NCBI GenBank assembly: GCA_963667725.2
Contig: CAXXHO010000003.1
Span: forward strand, 1,216,001 to 1,280,000
Source: Treponemataceae bacterium
GTDB lineage: Bacteria > Spirochaetota > Spirochaetia > Treponematales > Rectinemataceae
DNA length: 64,000 nt
Direction of reading: 5' to 3'
Shown here: positions 11,632 to 21,270 of the stretch, in pieces
How positions within the stretch are numbered: position 1 is the first letter of the stretch
Layout of the letters: every line of letters starts with the position of its first letter
Made by a program: the position numbers and the translations under genes
The notes under the pieces: model-generated
The model's input: the letters and a program-made list of their open reading frames with translations, nothing else
Told to the model about the DNA's origin: nothing
The model's database searches: none

Positions 11632-13623
11632 TTATACATCGCCGCCTTCCTTTACGCGAGCGATTTCATCGCGGATGAGCGCCGCTTCCTCAAACTCAAG
11701 ATTCTTGGCATGTTCCAGCATGCGCTGCTCGAGGGCTTTGACGAGGGACTTGCGCTGCTCCGGCACGAGCATGTTGTGTGTCTTCTTAAGGAAGCTGACT
11801 TCGTCGAGTGTCGTGTCGATCTTCTCTTCCTTGTGCCGTTCCAGTATGTCGTGCACCGACTTTCGGATGGTCGTCGGCGTGATGTCGTGCTCGGTGTTAT
11901 AGGCTACCTGTATCGCCCTTCTCCGGTTCGTTTCCTGGATGGCGATCTTCATGGCGTCGCTTTCTCTGTCGGCATACATGACAACGAGACCGGCGGCGTT
12001 CCTGGCCGCCCTTCCCACTATCTGGATGAGGCTCGTGGCCGATCGCAGGAAACCTATCTTGTCAGCGTCCAGGATGGCAATGAACGATACTTCGGGCAGA
12101 TCGATGCCTTCGCGGAGAAGGTTAATTCCCACGAGCACGTCAAACTCTCCCGCTCTCAGCTGCGTCAGGATCTCGACGCGCTCTATGGTTTCGACCTCGG
12201 AGTGGATGTAGCGCACCCGCAATCCTAGGCCGCTTAGATATTCCGTCAATTCCTCTGCCATTTTCTTGGTGAGCGTGATGATGAGGCTGCGTTCGCCGAT
12301 GGCCGCCCTCTCCTTCACCCTCGCGTAGATATCCTCCATCTGCCCGTCGGTCGGCCTGACTTCTATCGCGGGATCCACAAGCCCCGTCGGGCGGATCATC
12401 TGCTCGGCAACCACCGCGGAACGGTCCATCTCCACCTTGCCGGGAGTGGCCGAAACGTAGACTACCTGTTTCACCATGGATTCGAATTCCTCGATCTTGA
12501 GAGGCCTGTTGTCGAGGGCGCAGGGAAGCCTGAAGCCGTAATCAACGAGGGAAGTCTTCCTGCTCCTGTCTCCTGAGTACATCGCGCCTATCTGCGAAAG
12601 TGTCACGTGGGATTCGTCTATGAAGGTCATGAAATCGCTTGGAAAATAATCGAGCAGGACGCCAGGCCTTTCGCCTGGGCCCCGTCCCGAAAGCGGCGCC
12701 GAGTAGTTCTCTATTCCCGAGCAGTACCCCATCTCCTCCATCATCTCGATGTCGTATTCGGTGCGCGACTTGATCCGCTGCGCCTCAATGAGCTTGTTCT
12801 GGCTCATGAAAAGTCCGTACTGCGCTTCGAGCTCTTCCTTGATCCTGGAGACCGCTTTCTGGACCTGGTTTTCGGGCATGACGAAATGCTTGGCCGGATA
12901 GATGACGGCTTCGTCCAGATCGTCGCCTGCGTGGCCGGTCAGCGGATCGAACTTGCGGATTCTCGCCACGGTGTCGAAATCCAGTTCTACGCGGTAGGCT
13001 TCCTCCAGGTAAGCGGGAAATATCTCGAGCATATCGCCCCTGACCCTGAACCTTCCCCGCTCGAGGACCATATCGTTCCGTTCGTACTGAAGATTGACGA
13101 GATTGCGCTTGACCGTCTCCAGATCCAGCACCATGCCCTTGTCAAGGTAAATCCTCATCTCCCGGTAGAGGTCGGGCGAACCCAAGCCGTAGATGCAGGA
13201 AACGGTCGCCACGATAATCACGTCGCGACGTTCCATGAGGGCCGCCGTGGCGGAGAGCCGCATCCTGTCGATTTCGTCGTTGATGCTTGAGTCCTTCTCG
13301 ATGTAGAGATCCTTGGATGCCACATAAGCCTCGGGCTGATAATAATCGTAGTAGGACACGAAGTATTCAACCGCGTTCTCGGGGAAAAAGCTCTTGAATT
13401 CGCGATAGAGCTGGGCGGAAAGGGTTTTGTTGTGCGAAATGATGAGGGTGGGTTTCTGAAGCGCCTCTATCACTTTGGCCATCGTGAAGGTTTTGCCCGA
13501 GCCCGTGACGCCTTTGAGCGTCATGAATCTGGTCCCCGACTTCGCTGCCTCGACGAGCGTATTGATCGCACTCCCCTGATCCCCCGCCGGTTCGAAGGGG
13601 GCTACGACCTTGAATGGTTTCAT
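11632..13623 (-). CDS. uvrB: Excinuclease ABC subunit B
   Basis: GVTGSGKTFT, YYDYYQPEAY, DESH, GINLLREGIDLPEV, C-terminal UVR coil. Confidence 0.97.
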   Translation of the reverse strand: MKPFKVVAPFEPAGDQGSAINTLVEAAKSGTRFMTLKGVTGSGKTFTMAKVIEALQKPTLIISHNKTLSAQLYREFKSFFPENAVEYFVSYYDYYQPEAYVASKDLYIEKDSSINDEIDRMRLSATAALMERRDVIIVATVSCIYGLGSPDLYREMRIYLDKGMVLDLETVKRNLVNLQYERNDMVLERGRFRVRGDMLEIFPAYLEEAYRVELDFDTVARIRKFDPLTGHAGDDLDEAVIYPAKHFVMPENQVQKAVSRIKEELEAQYGLFMSQNKLIEAQRIKSRTEYDIEMMEEMGYCSGIENYSAPLSGRGPGERPGVLLDYFPSDFMTFIDESHVTLSQIGAMYSGDRSRKTSLVDYGFRLPCALDNRPLKIEEFESMVKQVVYVSATPGKVEMDRSAVVAEQMIRPTGLVDPAIEVRPTDGQMEDIYARVKERAAIGERSLIITLTKKMAEELTEYLSGLGLRVRYIHSEVETIERVEILTQLRAGEFDVLVGINLLREGIDLPEVSFIAILDADKIGFLRSATSLIQIVGRAARNAAGLVVMYADRESDAMKIAIQETNRRRAIQVAYNTEHDITPTTIRKSVHDILERHKEEKIDTTLDEVSFLKKTHNMLVPEQRKSLVKALEQRMLEHAKNLEFEEAALIRDEIARVKEGGDV

Positions 13624-13645
13624 CGCTGTTCCTTTTATTTTCCAG

Positions 13646-14920
13646 CTATTTATCCTGGACTTGTTCCGTAAGCGTTACCGTCGTCCTCATTTTCTGCTTT
13701 CCGCGATAGAACTCTACCGGGACCTTTTCCCCTGGCTTGTTGTCCTCGAGCGCGGTATAGAGGTCCGCGATGCTGTCTATGGACTGGCCGTCCACGCTGA
13801 CGATGATATCCCCGCCGATCTTGAAGGTGGATTGTCCATAGCGCACGGCTACGCTTCCGCCCTTGAGGCCGGCCTTGTCCGCGTCGCTGCCTCCCTTGAT
13901 AGCCGAAACGAGAAGTCCTTTTTCCACGGGCGAAGCGTAGCTGGACTTTTCGAGATAGGAAAGGAGGGCTGGAAAAAGCTGTATGGCTTCCATATCGATC
14001 CATCCGCGCCGCACCCTTCCCTCCTTGATGAGCTCGGGAACGATACGCTTCGCCGTATCGACGGGTATGGCGAAACCAATGCCGACCGAACCGCCTGACG
14101 GCGAATAGATCATCGTATTGATGCCGACCATCTGTCCGGCCGAATTGAAGAGCGGACCGCCGGAATTTCCCGGATTGATCGAAGCGTCGGTCTGAATCAT
14201 GTTCTGGAGGATGGTCTTTTCATCCTTCTGGATAGGTCTCCCCAGGCCCGAGACGATGCCCTGGGTCAAGGTCCTTTCAAGGCCGAAAGGATTGCCGATG
14301 GCCAGCACCTTCTGCCCCACCTTGAGTCCTTTGGACGATCCGAAGGATATCGGCCGAAGCACCATCACCGAGGGCGGGCTGAACTTGATTACCGCCAAGT
14401 CATTCTGGGAATCGACCCCCACGACGGAGGCTTCGTACTGACTGCCATCGGCCATGTTCACGAATAGCTTATAGGCGCCCTGTACGACATGGTAATTGGT
14501 GAGGACATGACCCTTCGTGTCTATGATGGAGCCCGAGCCTGATCCTCCGCTTTGCGGAACGGGTTCGAGAAACCAGTTGATGTTGACGACTTCGGTCGTG
14601 ATATTGACGACCGATTCATTGTAACGCTCATAAAGGCTGATGCTCTCGCGTTCGTCCGTCGAATATGCCAATCCTGATGGGTTTTGGTACTCGTCGATAT
14701 TGGACGCGGCATTCTTTCCCTCGACGGCTATCTGTCCCTGGAGGACCTGGGAACTGACGGGAGTCGGCTCGATGGTTGATTGGGCGGAACCCTGATCCTT
14801 ATCGATCTGGAATAGTCCGCTCCTGGCCAGAAAAAAAGCGGAAACGAAAATGAGGGCGGCGCTCGCGAGCACTCCAGCGGCAATGCCCAGCGTCATCTGT
14901 CGGCGCGAATATAGTTTCAT
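13646..14920 (-). CDS. htrA: HtrA/DegP-like serine protease with PDZ domain
   Basis: TNYHV (His), DLAVI (Asp), INPGNSGGPL (Ser), one PDZ domain, N-terminal TM anchor. Confidence 0.9.
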   Translation of the reverse strand: MKLYSRRQMTLGIAAGVLASAALIFVSAFFLARSGLFQIDKDQGSAQSTIEPTPVSSQVLQGQIAVEGKNAASNIDEYQNPSGLAYSTDERESISLYERYNESVVNITTEVVNINWFLEPVPQSGGSGSGSIIDTKGHVLTNYHVVQGAYKLFVNMADGSQYEASVVGVDSQNDLAVIKFSPPSVMVLRPISFGSSKGLKVGQKVLAIGNPFGLERTLTQGIVSGLGRPIQKDEKTILQNMIQTDASINPGNSGGPLFNSAGQMVGINTMIYSPSGGSVGIGFAIPVDTAKRIVPELIKEGRVRRGWIDMEAIQLFPALLSYLEKSSYASPVEKGLLVSAIKGGSDADKAGLKGGSVAVRYGQSTFKIGGDIIVSVDGQSIDSIADLYTALEDNKPGEKVPVEFYRGKQKMRTTVTLTEQVQDK

Positions 14921-14942
14921 GGGAATCCCCCTGAAAGGTTTG

Positions 14943-15464
14943 TCACACGAAGGTCAGCTTGCCCGCGGCCACTTCCTCGGCCCTGGCAAGCATGAAAATA
15001 TAATCGGAGAGTCTGTTGAGAAACTTCCTCAAGTCGATGGAGACATCTTCCTTTCTTGCGAGCGCCACAACCCTGCGTTCGGCGCGTCTGGCTATGGTTC
15101 TGGCCATGTCCAGTGCTGCCGATCCCGCCGTCATGCCCGGAATGACGAAACCCCTCAGCGGAATTCTTTCTTCAAGCGATGAGGTTTTCACGGCAATTTT
15201 TGCCTCGTCCCCGGCAGTTATCGGCCGGTCGAAGGGAATGCCTACCGAAGCGAGTTCGCCGGCGACGCGGAAAAGCACGCGCTGTATCTCTTCTATGGCG
15301 TAAAGGACTTCGTCCTCCATGCAGATATGCCTTGCGACGCCCAGCGCAGAGGAGAGCTCATCGATCGTGCCGTAGGCCTCGACGCGCAAGTCGTCCTTGC
15401 CCACCCTTTCTCCCGACCAGAGTCCCGTGTCACCATCATCGCCCGTTCGCGTCATGATGCTCAT
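14943..15464 (-). CDS. pduO: PduO-type cob(I)alamin adenosyltransferase
   Basis: TRTGDDGDT, EAYGTIDEL, ARRAERR, LNRLSD. Confidence 0.9.
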   Translation of the reverse strand: MSIMTRTGDDGDTGLWSGERVGKDDLRVEAYGTIDELSSALGVARHICMEDEVLYAIEEIQRVLFRVAGELASVGIPFDRPITAGDEAKIAVKTSSLEERIPLRGFVIPGMTAGSAALDMARTIARRAERRVVALARKEDVSIDLRKFLNRLSDYIFMLARAEEVAAGKLTFV

Positions 15465-15568
15465 ACGATAAACATACTGCTTCAAAATCGTCTTCATCAA
15501 GTCGAAAAGCACCGCCCGCGTGACTATATGGACGCAAAGGCACGGAATATCCTACAATTTCCCACGAC

Positions 15569-16348
15569 GTGAAAACCACCCGGCTTCCCACCTTCTCAGA
15601 GCCCTGCCCTTATGTTGCCGGAAAAACATCCATCGGCGAGTATCTCCCGGGGGAAGCGCTTTTCAGGGACTACGAAGCCCTCATTCCCCTTGGATGGAGA
15701 AGATCTGGAAACATGCTCTATCGTTACCGCTGCGAAGACTGCTCTCTGTGCATTCCTATAAGGCTCCGCGCATCCAAGATACTTGCCGGGAAACGTTTTG
15801 GCCGATTGAAGCGCGTGAATCGCGATATCTCCATAGAGCTGCTTCCCGCGAATTTTCGGCGCGATCACTTCACCTTGTATGAAAAATATATCAGAACTCG
15901 TCACAAGGGAACCTTTTCCGTGGCCGACACATCCGATTCCTCTCTCGAATCCTCCTATCGTGGAATGCTCGAGGCTCCCATGGCAGCCATTTCAGAGTAC
16001 CGCGACGCCTCCGGCAAACTCTGCGCCACCGGCTTCCTGGATATACTCCCCAACGGTCTATCGTCGGTCTATTTCTCCTTCGATCCGGATGAGGGTAGAC
16101 GAAGCCTGGGATCCTATTCGATTTTCGCCGAATCCGAGATGGCTCTGCGCAGGGGAATAGAATACTACTATCTGGGATTCTGGGTGCCGCGGGCGGCGAC
16201 GATGGATTACAAAGCCGATTTCCCTCCTTTCCAGCTATCCGTTCCCGGGGAAAACGGCAGGGAAGCGGGCGGCGAACCGCCTATATGGAAAGAATTTCCG
16301 AACAAATCAGCGGCCTTGAGCTGGCTTTCGGCGATATCGCATCGTTGA
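15569..16348 (+). CDS. Arginyl-tRNA-protein transferase family (Bpt/ATE1-like)
   Basis: PCPY, GWRRSG...YR..C..C..C.PIR, LSSVYF.FDP, YYYLGFWV, MDYKA. Confidence 0.85.
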   Translation: MKTTRLPTFSEPCPYVAGKTSIGEYLPGEALFRDYEALIPLGWRRSGNMLYRYRCEDCSLCIPIRLRASKILAGKRFGRLKRVNRDISIELLPANFRRDHFTLYEKYIRTRHKGTFSVADTSDSSLESSYRGMLEAPMAAISEYRDASGKLCATGFLDILPNGLSSVYFSFDPDEGRRSLGSYSIFAESEMALRRGIEYYYLGFWVPRAATMDYKADFPPFQLSVPGENGREAGGEPPIWKEFPNKSAALSWLSAISHR

Positions 16349-16415
16349 CAGTCAATGCCTATCATGGTACCGTAGTTCCCGATACTTTTTGAATACTGTT
16401 TTCAGAAGGAATACT

Positions 16416-18038
16416 ATGGCATCCCAGATCAGCAATCCCGAAGGCGCCGAGGCGAAGAAAGTCCAGAAAAAGCCTACCAAACGCGGCGTGAAGAACCCCT
16501 TCGTCTACGGGGGAACGATTGTCATCCTGATAATCACCGTCATCGCCTTTGTGTTCATACCATCGATAGGCGGCGGTATGGGTTCCTCCAGTCAGTCGCC
16601 GACTTTCGGCAGCTGGGCGGGAAAACCCATCACCTATACGTCCGGATCGTACTTCGCGAGCCAGGTGGCCCAGATCAACGACTACCTGCGTCAGCAGGGG
16701 CTTTCCGAACAGAACTTCCAGCTTTATGCCTACCAGGTATGGAGCATGGCCTTCCAGAGCGCCGCCATCAGGACGGCCGTTGTCGAGACCGTGAACGACA
16801 GCGGTTTCAGGCTGACGGAAAAAGGTCTTGACGAAGCCATCGCCACCCTCCCCGAATTCCAGGAAGACGGGAAATTCTCCATCGAGAAATACAACAAGAC
16901 AGCGGCCGCCACCCGCCTCACCCTGCGCAAGAACACGAAAGAAGATTACACCGTCAGGCGCTATTACGAGGATCTGTATACATTGGCTCCAAGTTCGGCG
17001 GAGATCGCTTTCGTCGCCTCGATGGCAAAACCTCAGCGCACTATTTCCTATGCCACCTTGCCCCTCGCCGACTATCCTGCCGAAGAAGTGGCCGCATGGG
17101 GCAACAAGAACGCCGACCTGTTCAAGACTCTTGAAGTTTCCCGCGTCACGGTAACCAGCTCGGAAGCCGATGCCAAGAAGATTCTCGCCCAGGTCAGGGA
17201 AAACAAGCTTTCCTTCGAAGACGCGGCCAAGAGCCATTCGCAGGACGCCTACGCCGACAAGGGCGGAGACGCCGGTACCGTCTATTACTATACCTTCGCC
17301 GAAGGTTTCGCCAACAAGGACGACGCCGCGAAAGTGGCTGCCCTCCCCAAAGGCGAAATCTCCGATGTCTACAAGATCGCCGACAAGGCTTGGGCCTTCT
17401 TCAAGCTCAACGGCGAGCTGACCATGCCTGATTTCGGCAAACAAGCCACGCTGGACGAGGTTCGGTTCTATATCAACGACAAGGAAAAAGGAACCCTCGA
17501 GAGCTGGGCTATCGCCAAGGCCAACGCCCTCCTTTCATCCGTCGATGGGGTTAAATTCCAGAGCGCCGCCAAACAAGCGGGCCTCAGCGTAAAATCGGCA
17601 GGTCCCTTCATCGTGAATGTGGGCAATCCCACCTTCTATGCCTACAACCAACAGATCCCCTTGCTCCAGACGCCCTTCCAGAACAGCGATCCCGCCCTAC
17701 AGGCCGCCGAACAGGATGAAGCCTTCATGACCGAGCTTTTCACCCAAACCAAGGGCAAGGTCTCCAAGCCCCTCGTCGTGGGCGACAATGTCATCGTTTT
17801 CGCCGTGACCGAGGACAAGGAAGCCTCGGACGACGATACGGTCATGGTAACCTTCGCCTATCCCTACTTCCACCAGCAGACAATCGACACGCAAACCCGG
17901 GATACTTTCCTGAAGAGCAAGAAATTCAAGGACGAATTCAGCACGACCTTCTTCAAGATTTTCCAGACAAGCAATACTGCTTCCGCCCAGGAGACCACGA
18001 CGGAAACCACCACGGAAGCGCCCGCCGCGGCGAACTGA
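16416..18038 (+). CDS. SurA N-terminal domain / parvulin-type PPIase, membrane-anchored
   Basis: N-terminal TM helix; FEDAAKSHSQD...KGGD.G rotamase motif; RBS AAGGA. Confidence 0.75.
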   Translation: MASQISNPEGAEAKKVQKKPTKRGVKNPFVYGGTIVILIITVIAFVFIPSIGGGMGSSSQSPTFGSWAGKPITYTSGSYFASQVAQINDYLRQQGLSEQNFQLYAYQVWSMAFQSAAIRTAVVETVNDSGFRLTEKGLDEAIATLPEFQEDGKFSIEKYNKTAAATRLTLRKNTKEDYTVRRYYEDLYTLAPSSAEIAFVASMAKPQRTISYATLPLADYPAEEVAAWGNKNADLFKTLEVSRVTVTSSEADAKKILAQVRENKLSFEDAAKSHSQDAYADKGGDAGTVYYYTFAEGFANKDDAAKVAALPKGEISDVYKIADKAWAFFKLNGELTMPDFGKQATLDEVRFYINDKEKGTLESWAIAKANALLSSVDGVKFQSAAKQAGLSVKSAGPFIVNVGNPTFYAYNQQIPLLQTPFQNSDPALQAAEQDEAFMTELFTQTKGKVSKPLVVGDNVIVFAVTEDKEASDDDTVMVTFAYPYFHQQTIDTQTRDTFLKSKKFKDEFSTTFFKIFQTSNTASAQETTTETTTEAPAAAN

Positions 18039-18054
18039 AGACGCCACGGAAGAT

Positions 18055-18090
18055 AAAAAGGCCGCCCAGGGAAACCCGGGCGGCCTTTTT
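18055..18090. terminator. Bidirectional intrinsic terminator
   Basis: AAAAAGGCCGCCC-loop-GGGCGGCCTTTTT between convergent genes. Confidence 0.85.
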
Positions 18091-18138
18091 ATGTCATCGC
18101 GGCACGAAGGGCTATCGCTCTTCGTGCCGCGCATAAGG

Positions 18139-19953
18139 TCATGTCTCGTCGTCGTCGGTCCTGAGCACGGCAAGGAAGGCGTCCTGGCCCAATTCGATAT
18201 TGCCTACCATCTTCATGCGTTTCTTGCCCTCTTTCTGCTTTTCGAGAAGCTTGCGCTTGCGGCTTATGTCGCCGCCGTAGCACTTGGCCAGGACGTCCTT
18301 GCGCACGGGATTGACGGTCTCCCGCGCGATGATCTGACCGCCGATGGCTCCCTGTATGGCCACCTTGTACTGCTGGCGCGGAATATTCCTCTGGAGGCGC
18401 TCGCAGACCTTGTGGGCCCTGTCGTAGGACCCGTCGCGGTAGACCAGCATGGAAAGCGCGTCCACGGGATCCCCGTTGATGAGGAAATCCAGCTTGGCGA
18501 GGTTGGTCGGCCTGTAGCTCGTCACTTCGTAATCGAAACTGGCGTAGCCGCGGCTCGTCGATTTCAGCTTGTCGTAGAAGTCGAAGAGCACTTCGGCCAG
18601 CGGCATCTCGAAGACGAGCTCGACGCGTTTCTCGTCCAGATGCGTGAAGGAACGTTGTTCGCCGCGCTTGCCGATACAGAGCGAGATGAGGTTGCCGATA
18701 TAGGCCACAGGCGTGATGATCTGCGCCTTGATGAAAGGCTCTTCGGCGCTGTCGATCCTCGAAGGATCGGGGTACTGGCTGGGGTTGTCGATGAAGACGG
18801 TCTCGCCGTTCTGGAGTTTTAGCTTGTAGCGTACCGACGGGGCCGTCATGATGATGGACTGGTTGAATTCACGCTCCAGCCTTTCCTGGATGATCTCCAG
18901 ATGGAGGAGCCCCAGGAATCCGCAGCGGAACCCGAATCCCAGCGCGAGCGAGCTGTCCTTTTCGCATATCAGGGAAGCGTCGTTGAGCATCAGCTTTTCG
19001 ATGCTCTCCTTGAGGTCGTCGTACTCGGCCGAATCCATGGGATAAATCGAGCTGAAGACGACGGGCTTTATCTCCTTGAAACCGGGAAGCGCGGAGAGGC
19101 AGGGATTGTCGTTGTCCGTGATGGTGTCGCCGACTCTGACGTCCCTGACCGTCTTGATGCCCGCCGTGACATAGCCGACCTCGCCGGCGGCCAGCATATC
19201 CGTATCGCTCGACTGATCGATCTTGAAGAGGCTGACTTCCTCTATCTCGTGGATGGCGCCACTCGACATGAAGCGGATATTCATGCCTTTCTTCATCTTT
19301 CCGCTGATGACGCGCACGTGCACGATGGCGCCCTTGTAGGCGTCGTAATGCGAGTCGAAAATGAGGGCCTGGAGGGGTTCTTCGGAGGAGCCTCTCGGGG
19401 CGGGAAAACGCTGGACGATAGCCTCGAAGAGCTCGTCGATACCGATGCCCATCTTCGCCGAAACCGCGAGGGCCGCTTCGCCGTCAAGGCCGAGATCCTT
19501 GTCGATCTGGCGCCGGACGCCTTCGACATCGGCGGCGGGCATATCTATCTTGTTGATGACGGGCAGAATCTCGAGATCGTGCTCGAGCGCCATGTACATA
19601 TTTGAAAGCGTCTGAGCCTGCACGCCCTGCGTGGCGTCGATGACGAGGATAGCCCCCTCGCAGGATGAGATAGCCCTCGAAACCTCGTAGGAAAAATCCA
19701 CATGTCCCGGCGTGTCGACCAGGTTGAGCGTATATTTCTTCCCGTCCTGGGCGAGGTAGGGCAAGGTGATCGCCTGGCTCTTTATGGTGATTCCCCTTTC
19801 CCTTTCGATGTCCATATTGTCGAGCATCTGATTCTGCATCTTCCGCTCGTCCACCAAGTGGGCCTTTTCTATGAAGCGGTCGGCCAACGTAGATTTGCCG
19901 TGATCTATGTGGGCGATGATACAGAAATTGCGGATGAGTTCCTTTTCGTGCAT
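18139..19953 (-). CDS. lepA: Elongation factor 4
   Basis: AHIDHGKSTLADR, RERGITIK, DTPGHVDF, GFRCGFLGLLH, KCYGGDISRKRKLL. Confidence 0.98.
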   Translation of the reverse strand: MHEKELIRNFCIIAHIDHGKSTLADRFIEKAHLVDERKMQNQMLDNMDIERERGITIKSQAITLPYLAQDGKKYTLNLVDTPGHVDFSYEVSRAISSCEGAILVIDATQGVQAQTLSNMYMALEHDLEILPVINKIDMPAADVEGVRRQIDKDLGLDGEAALAVSAKMGIGIDELFEAIVQRFPAPRGSSEEPLQALIFDSHYDAYKGAIVHVRVISGKMKKGMNIRFMSSGAIHEIEEVSLFKIDQSSDTDMLAAGEVGYVTAGIKTVRDVRVGDTITDNDNPCLSALPGFKEIKPVVFSSIYPMDSAEYDDLKESIEKLMLNDASLICEKDSSLALGFGFRCGFLGLLHLEIIQERLEREFNQSIIMTAPSVRYKLKLQNGETVFIDNPSQYPDPSRIDSAEEPFIKAQIITPVAYIGNLISLCIGKRGEQRSFTHLDEKRVELVFEMPLAEVLFDFYDKLKSTSRGYASFDYEVTSYRPTNLAKLDFLINGDPVDALSMLVYRDGSYDRAHKVCERLQRNIPRQQYKVAIQGAIGGQIIARETVNPVRKDVLAKCYGGDISRKRKLLEKQKEGKKRMKMVGNIELGQDAFLAVLRTDDDET

Positions 19954-20052
19954 GGTCTCACTCTACAGGAAAAGCGGCCTTTGCGCAATTATGCGTTTGG
20001 TGCCGCCCCGACGCCTTGAAAAGGCCCGAGGGCTGGGGCATAGTAAGCCATA

Positions 20053-21270
20053 ATGACAGGATTCAGAAGCCTTCCGCGGAACGCGCGCTCATGCATCGCC
20101 ATCGAACCGCTCTGGGCTTTTTTCGGTCCCATGGTCGCCTACTACATGCCCCTCTACCAGAGGCAGCTGGGCCTGAGCGAAGTGCAGATGGGACTCGTCA
20201 ATTCGGCCAACATCGCCGCTGGCCTCCTCTTCTATACGCTCGCCGCTCCGATAACCAACAAGTTCGGCAGAAGAAACACGAGCATGTGGCTCGATTTCAT
20301 CGCCTGGTCCCTGTCGATGGTCCTATGGGCGATCTCGCGCAGTTTCCTGTGGTTTCTCGTGGCCGCGGTCACGAACGCCACCGTGAGGATCGTCTATGTC
20401 TCTTGGAACCTTCTCATATCCGAAGACGCCGACGACGGCCAGCGGGCGACCATATTCAGCTACATCAATCTCATCGGAACCTTCGGCGGCTTCACCACCT
20501 TCGCGGGGGGAATGATCATAGCAAGCGCCGGCATCGTTCCGGCCATGCGCGGCATCTTCTGGGTCGGCGCCGCCATCCTGACGCTGATGTTCATCCTACG
20601 CTATTTCGGCACCAGCGAAACGAAGACCGGCGTGTACCTTAAAACCAAGACCAAAGGCCAGAGCCTCCTAAGGCTCGTCTGGCAGCAGGTTCCTAGCGCC
20701 CGCCTGGCGCTGCGGGATCCCTTTTTCATAAGGATGACGGGCATTTATTTCATAGGCAACGCGGTGCTCTCCATCGATTTCTTCCGCATCCTCTACATGA
20801 AGGACGTGAAGGGACTCTCCTCCTTCGTGGTATCGGCCGTCCCCGCCCTGAGCGCCGTCGTCAGCCTCGTGATCTTCTTCTTCATCCTACCGCGCCAGAA
20901 GGCCCTGAAGAATCGGGAACACCTGGCCAACGCCTTCCTCGCCTGCCTCGCCGCCCAGGTTCTCTTCATATTGATGCCCAAGGGATCGCCTCTTTCGGCG
21001 ATTTTAATATTTCCTTCCCTCCAGGCTTCCTATGCCCTTCTCCAGACCTTCCGAGACACGGTGTTCATGAACAGCACCGCCGCGGACCAGAAAAGCGACC
21101 GATTCAGCCTCATCCAGGCGCTGATGATGTTCTTCAGCATTCCCGTGGGCTGGCTGGCCGGCCTCCTCTACTCCACGGCGCCTCAGCTGCCCTTCATCCT
21201 GGCGAGCATTCTGTACGCGGCCGGATTCCTCCTCGCGAGGAGCCTCCATCGTTATGAACAGCAGCGCTGA
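20053..21270 (+). CDS. MFS transporter
   Basis: About 12 hydrophobic helices; motif A-like PITNKFGRR. Confidence 0.8.
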   Translation: MTGFRSLPRNARSCIAIEPLWAFFGPMVAYYMPLYQRQLGLSEVQMGLVNSANIAAGLLFYTLAAPITNKFGRRNTSMWLDFIAWSLSMVLWAISRSFLWFLVAAVTNATVRIVYVSWNLLISEDADDGQRATIFSYINLIGTFGGFTTFAGGMIIASAGIVPAMRGIFWVGAAILTLMFILRYFGTSETKTGVYLKTKTKGQSLLRLVWQQVPSARLALRDPFFIRMTGIYFIGNAVLSIDFFRILYMKDVKGLSSFVVSAVPALSAVVSLVIFFFILPRQKALKNREHLANAFLACLAAQVLFILMPKGSPLSAILIFPSLQASYALLQTFRDTVFMNSTAADQKSDRFSLIQALMMFFSIPVGWLAGLLYSTAPQLPFILASILYAAGFLLARSLHRYEQQR

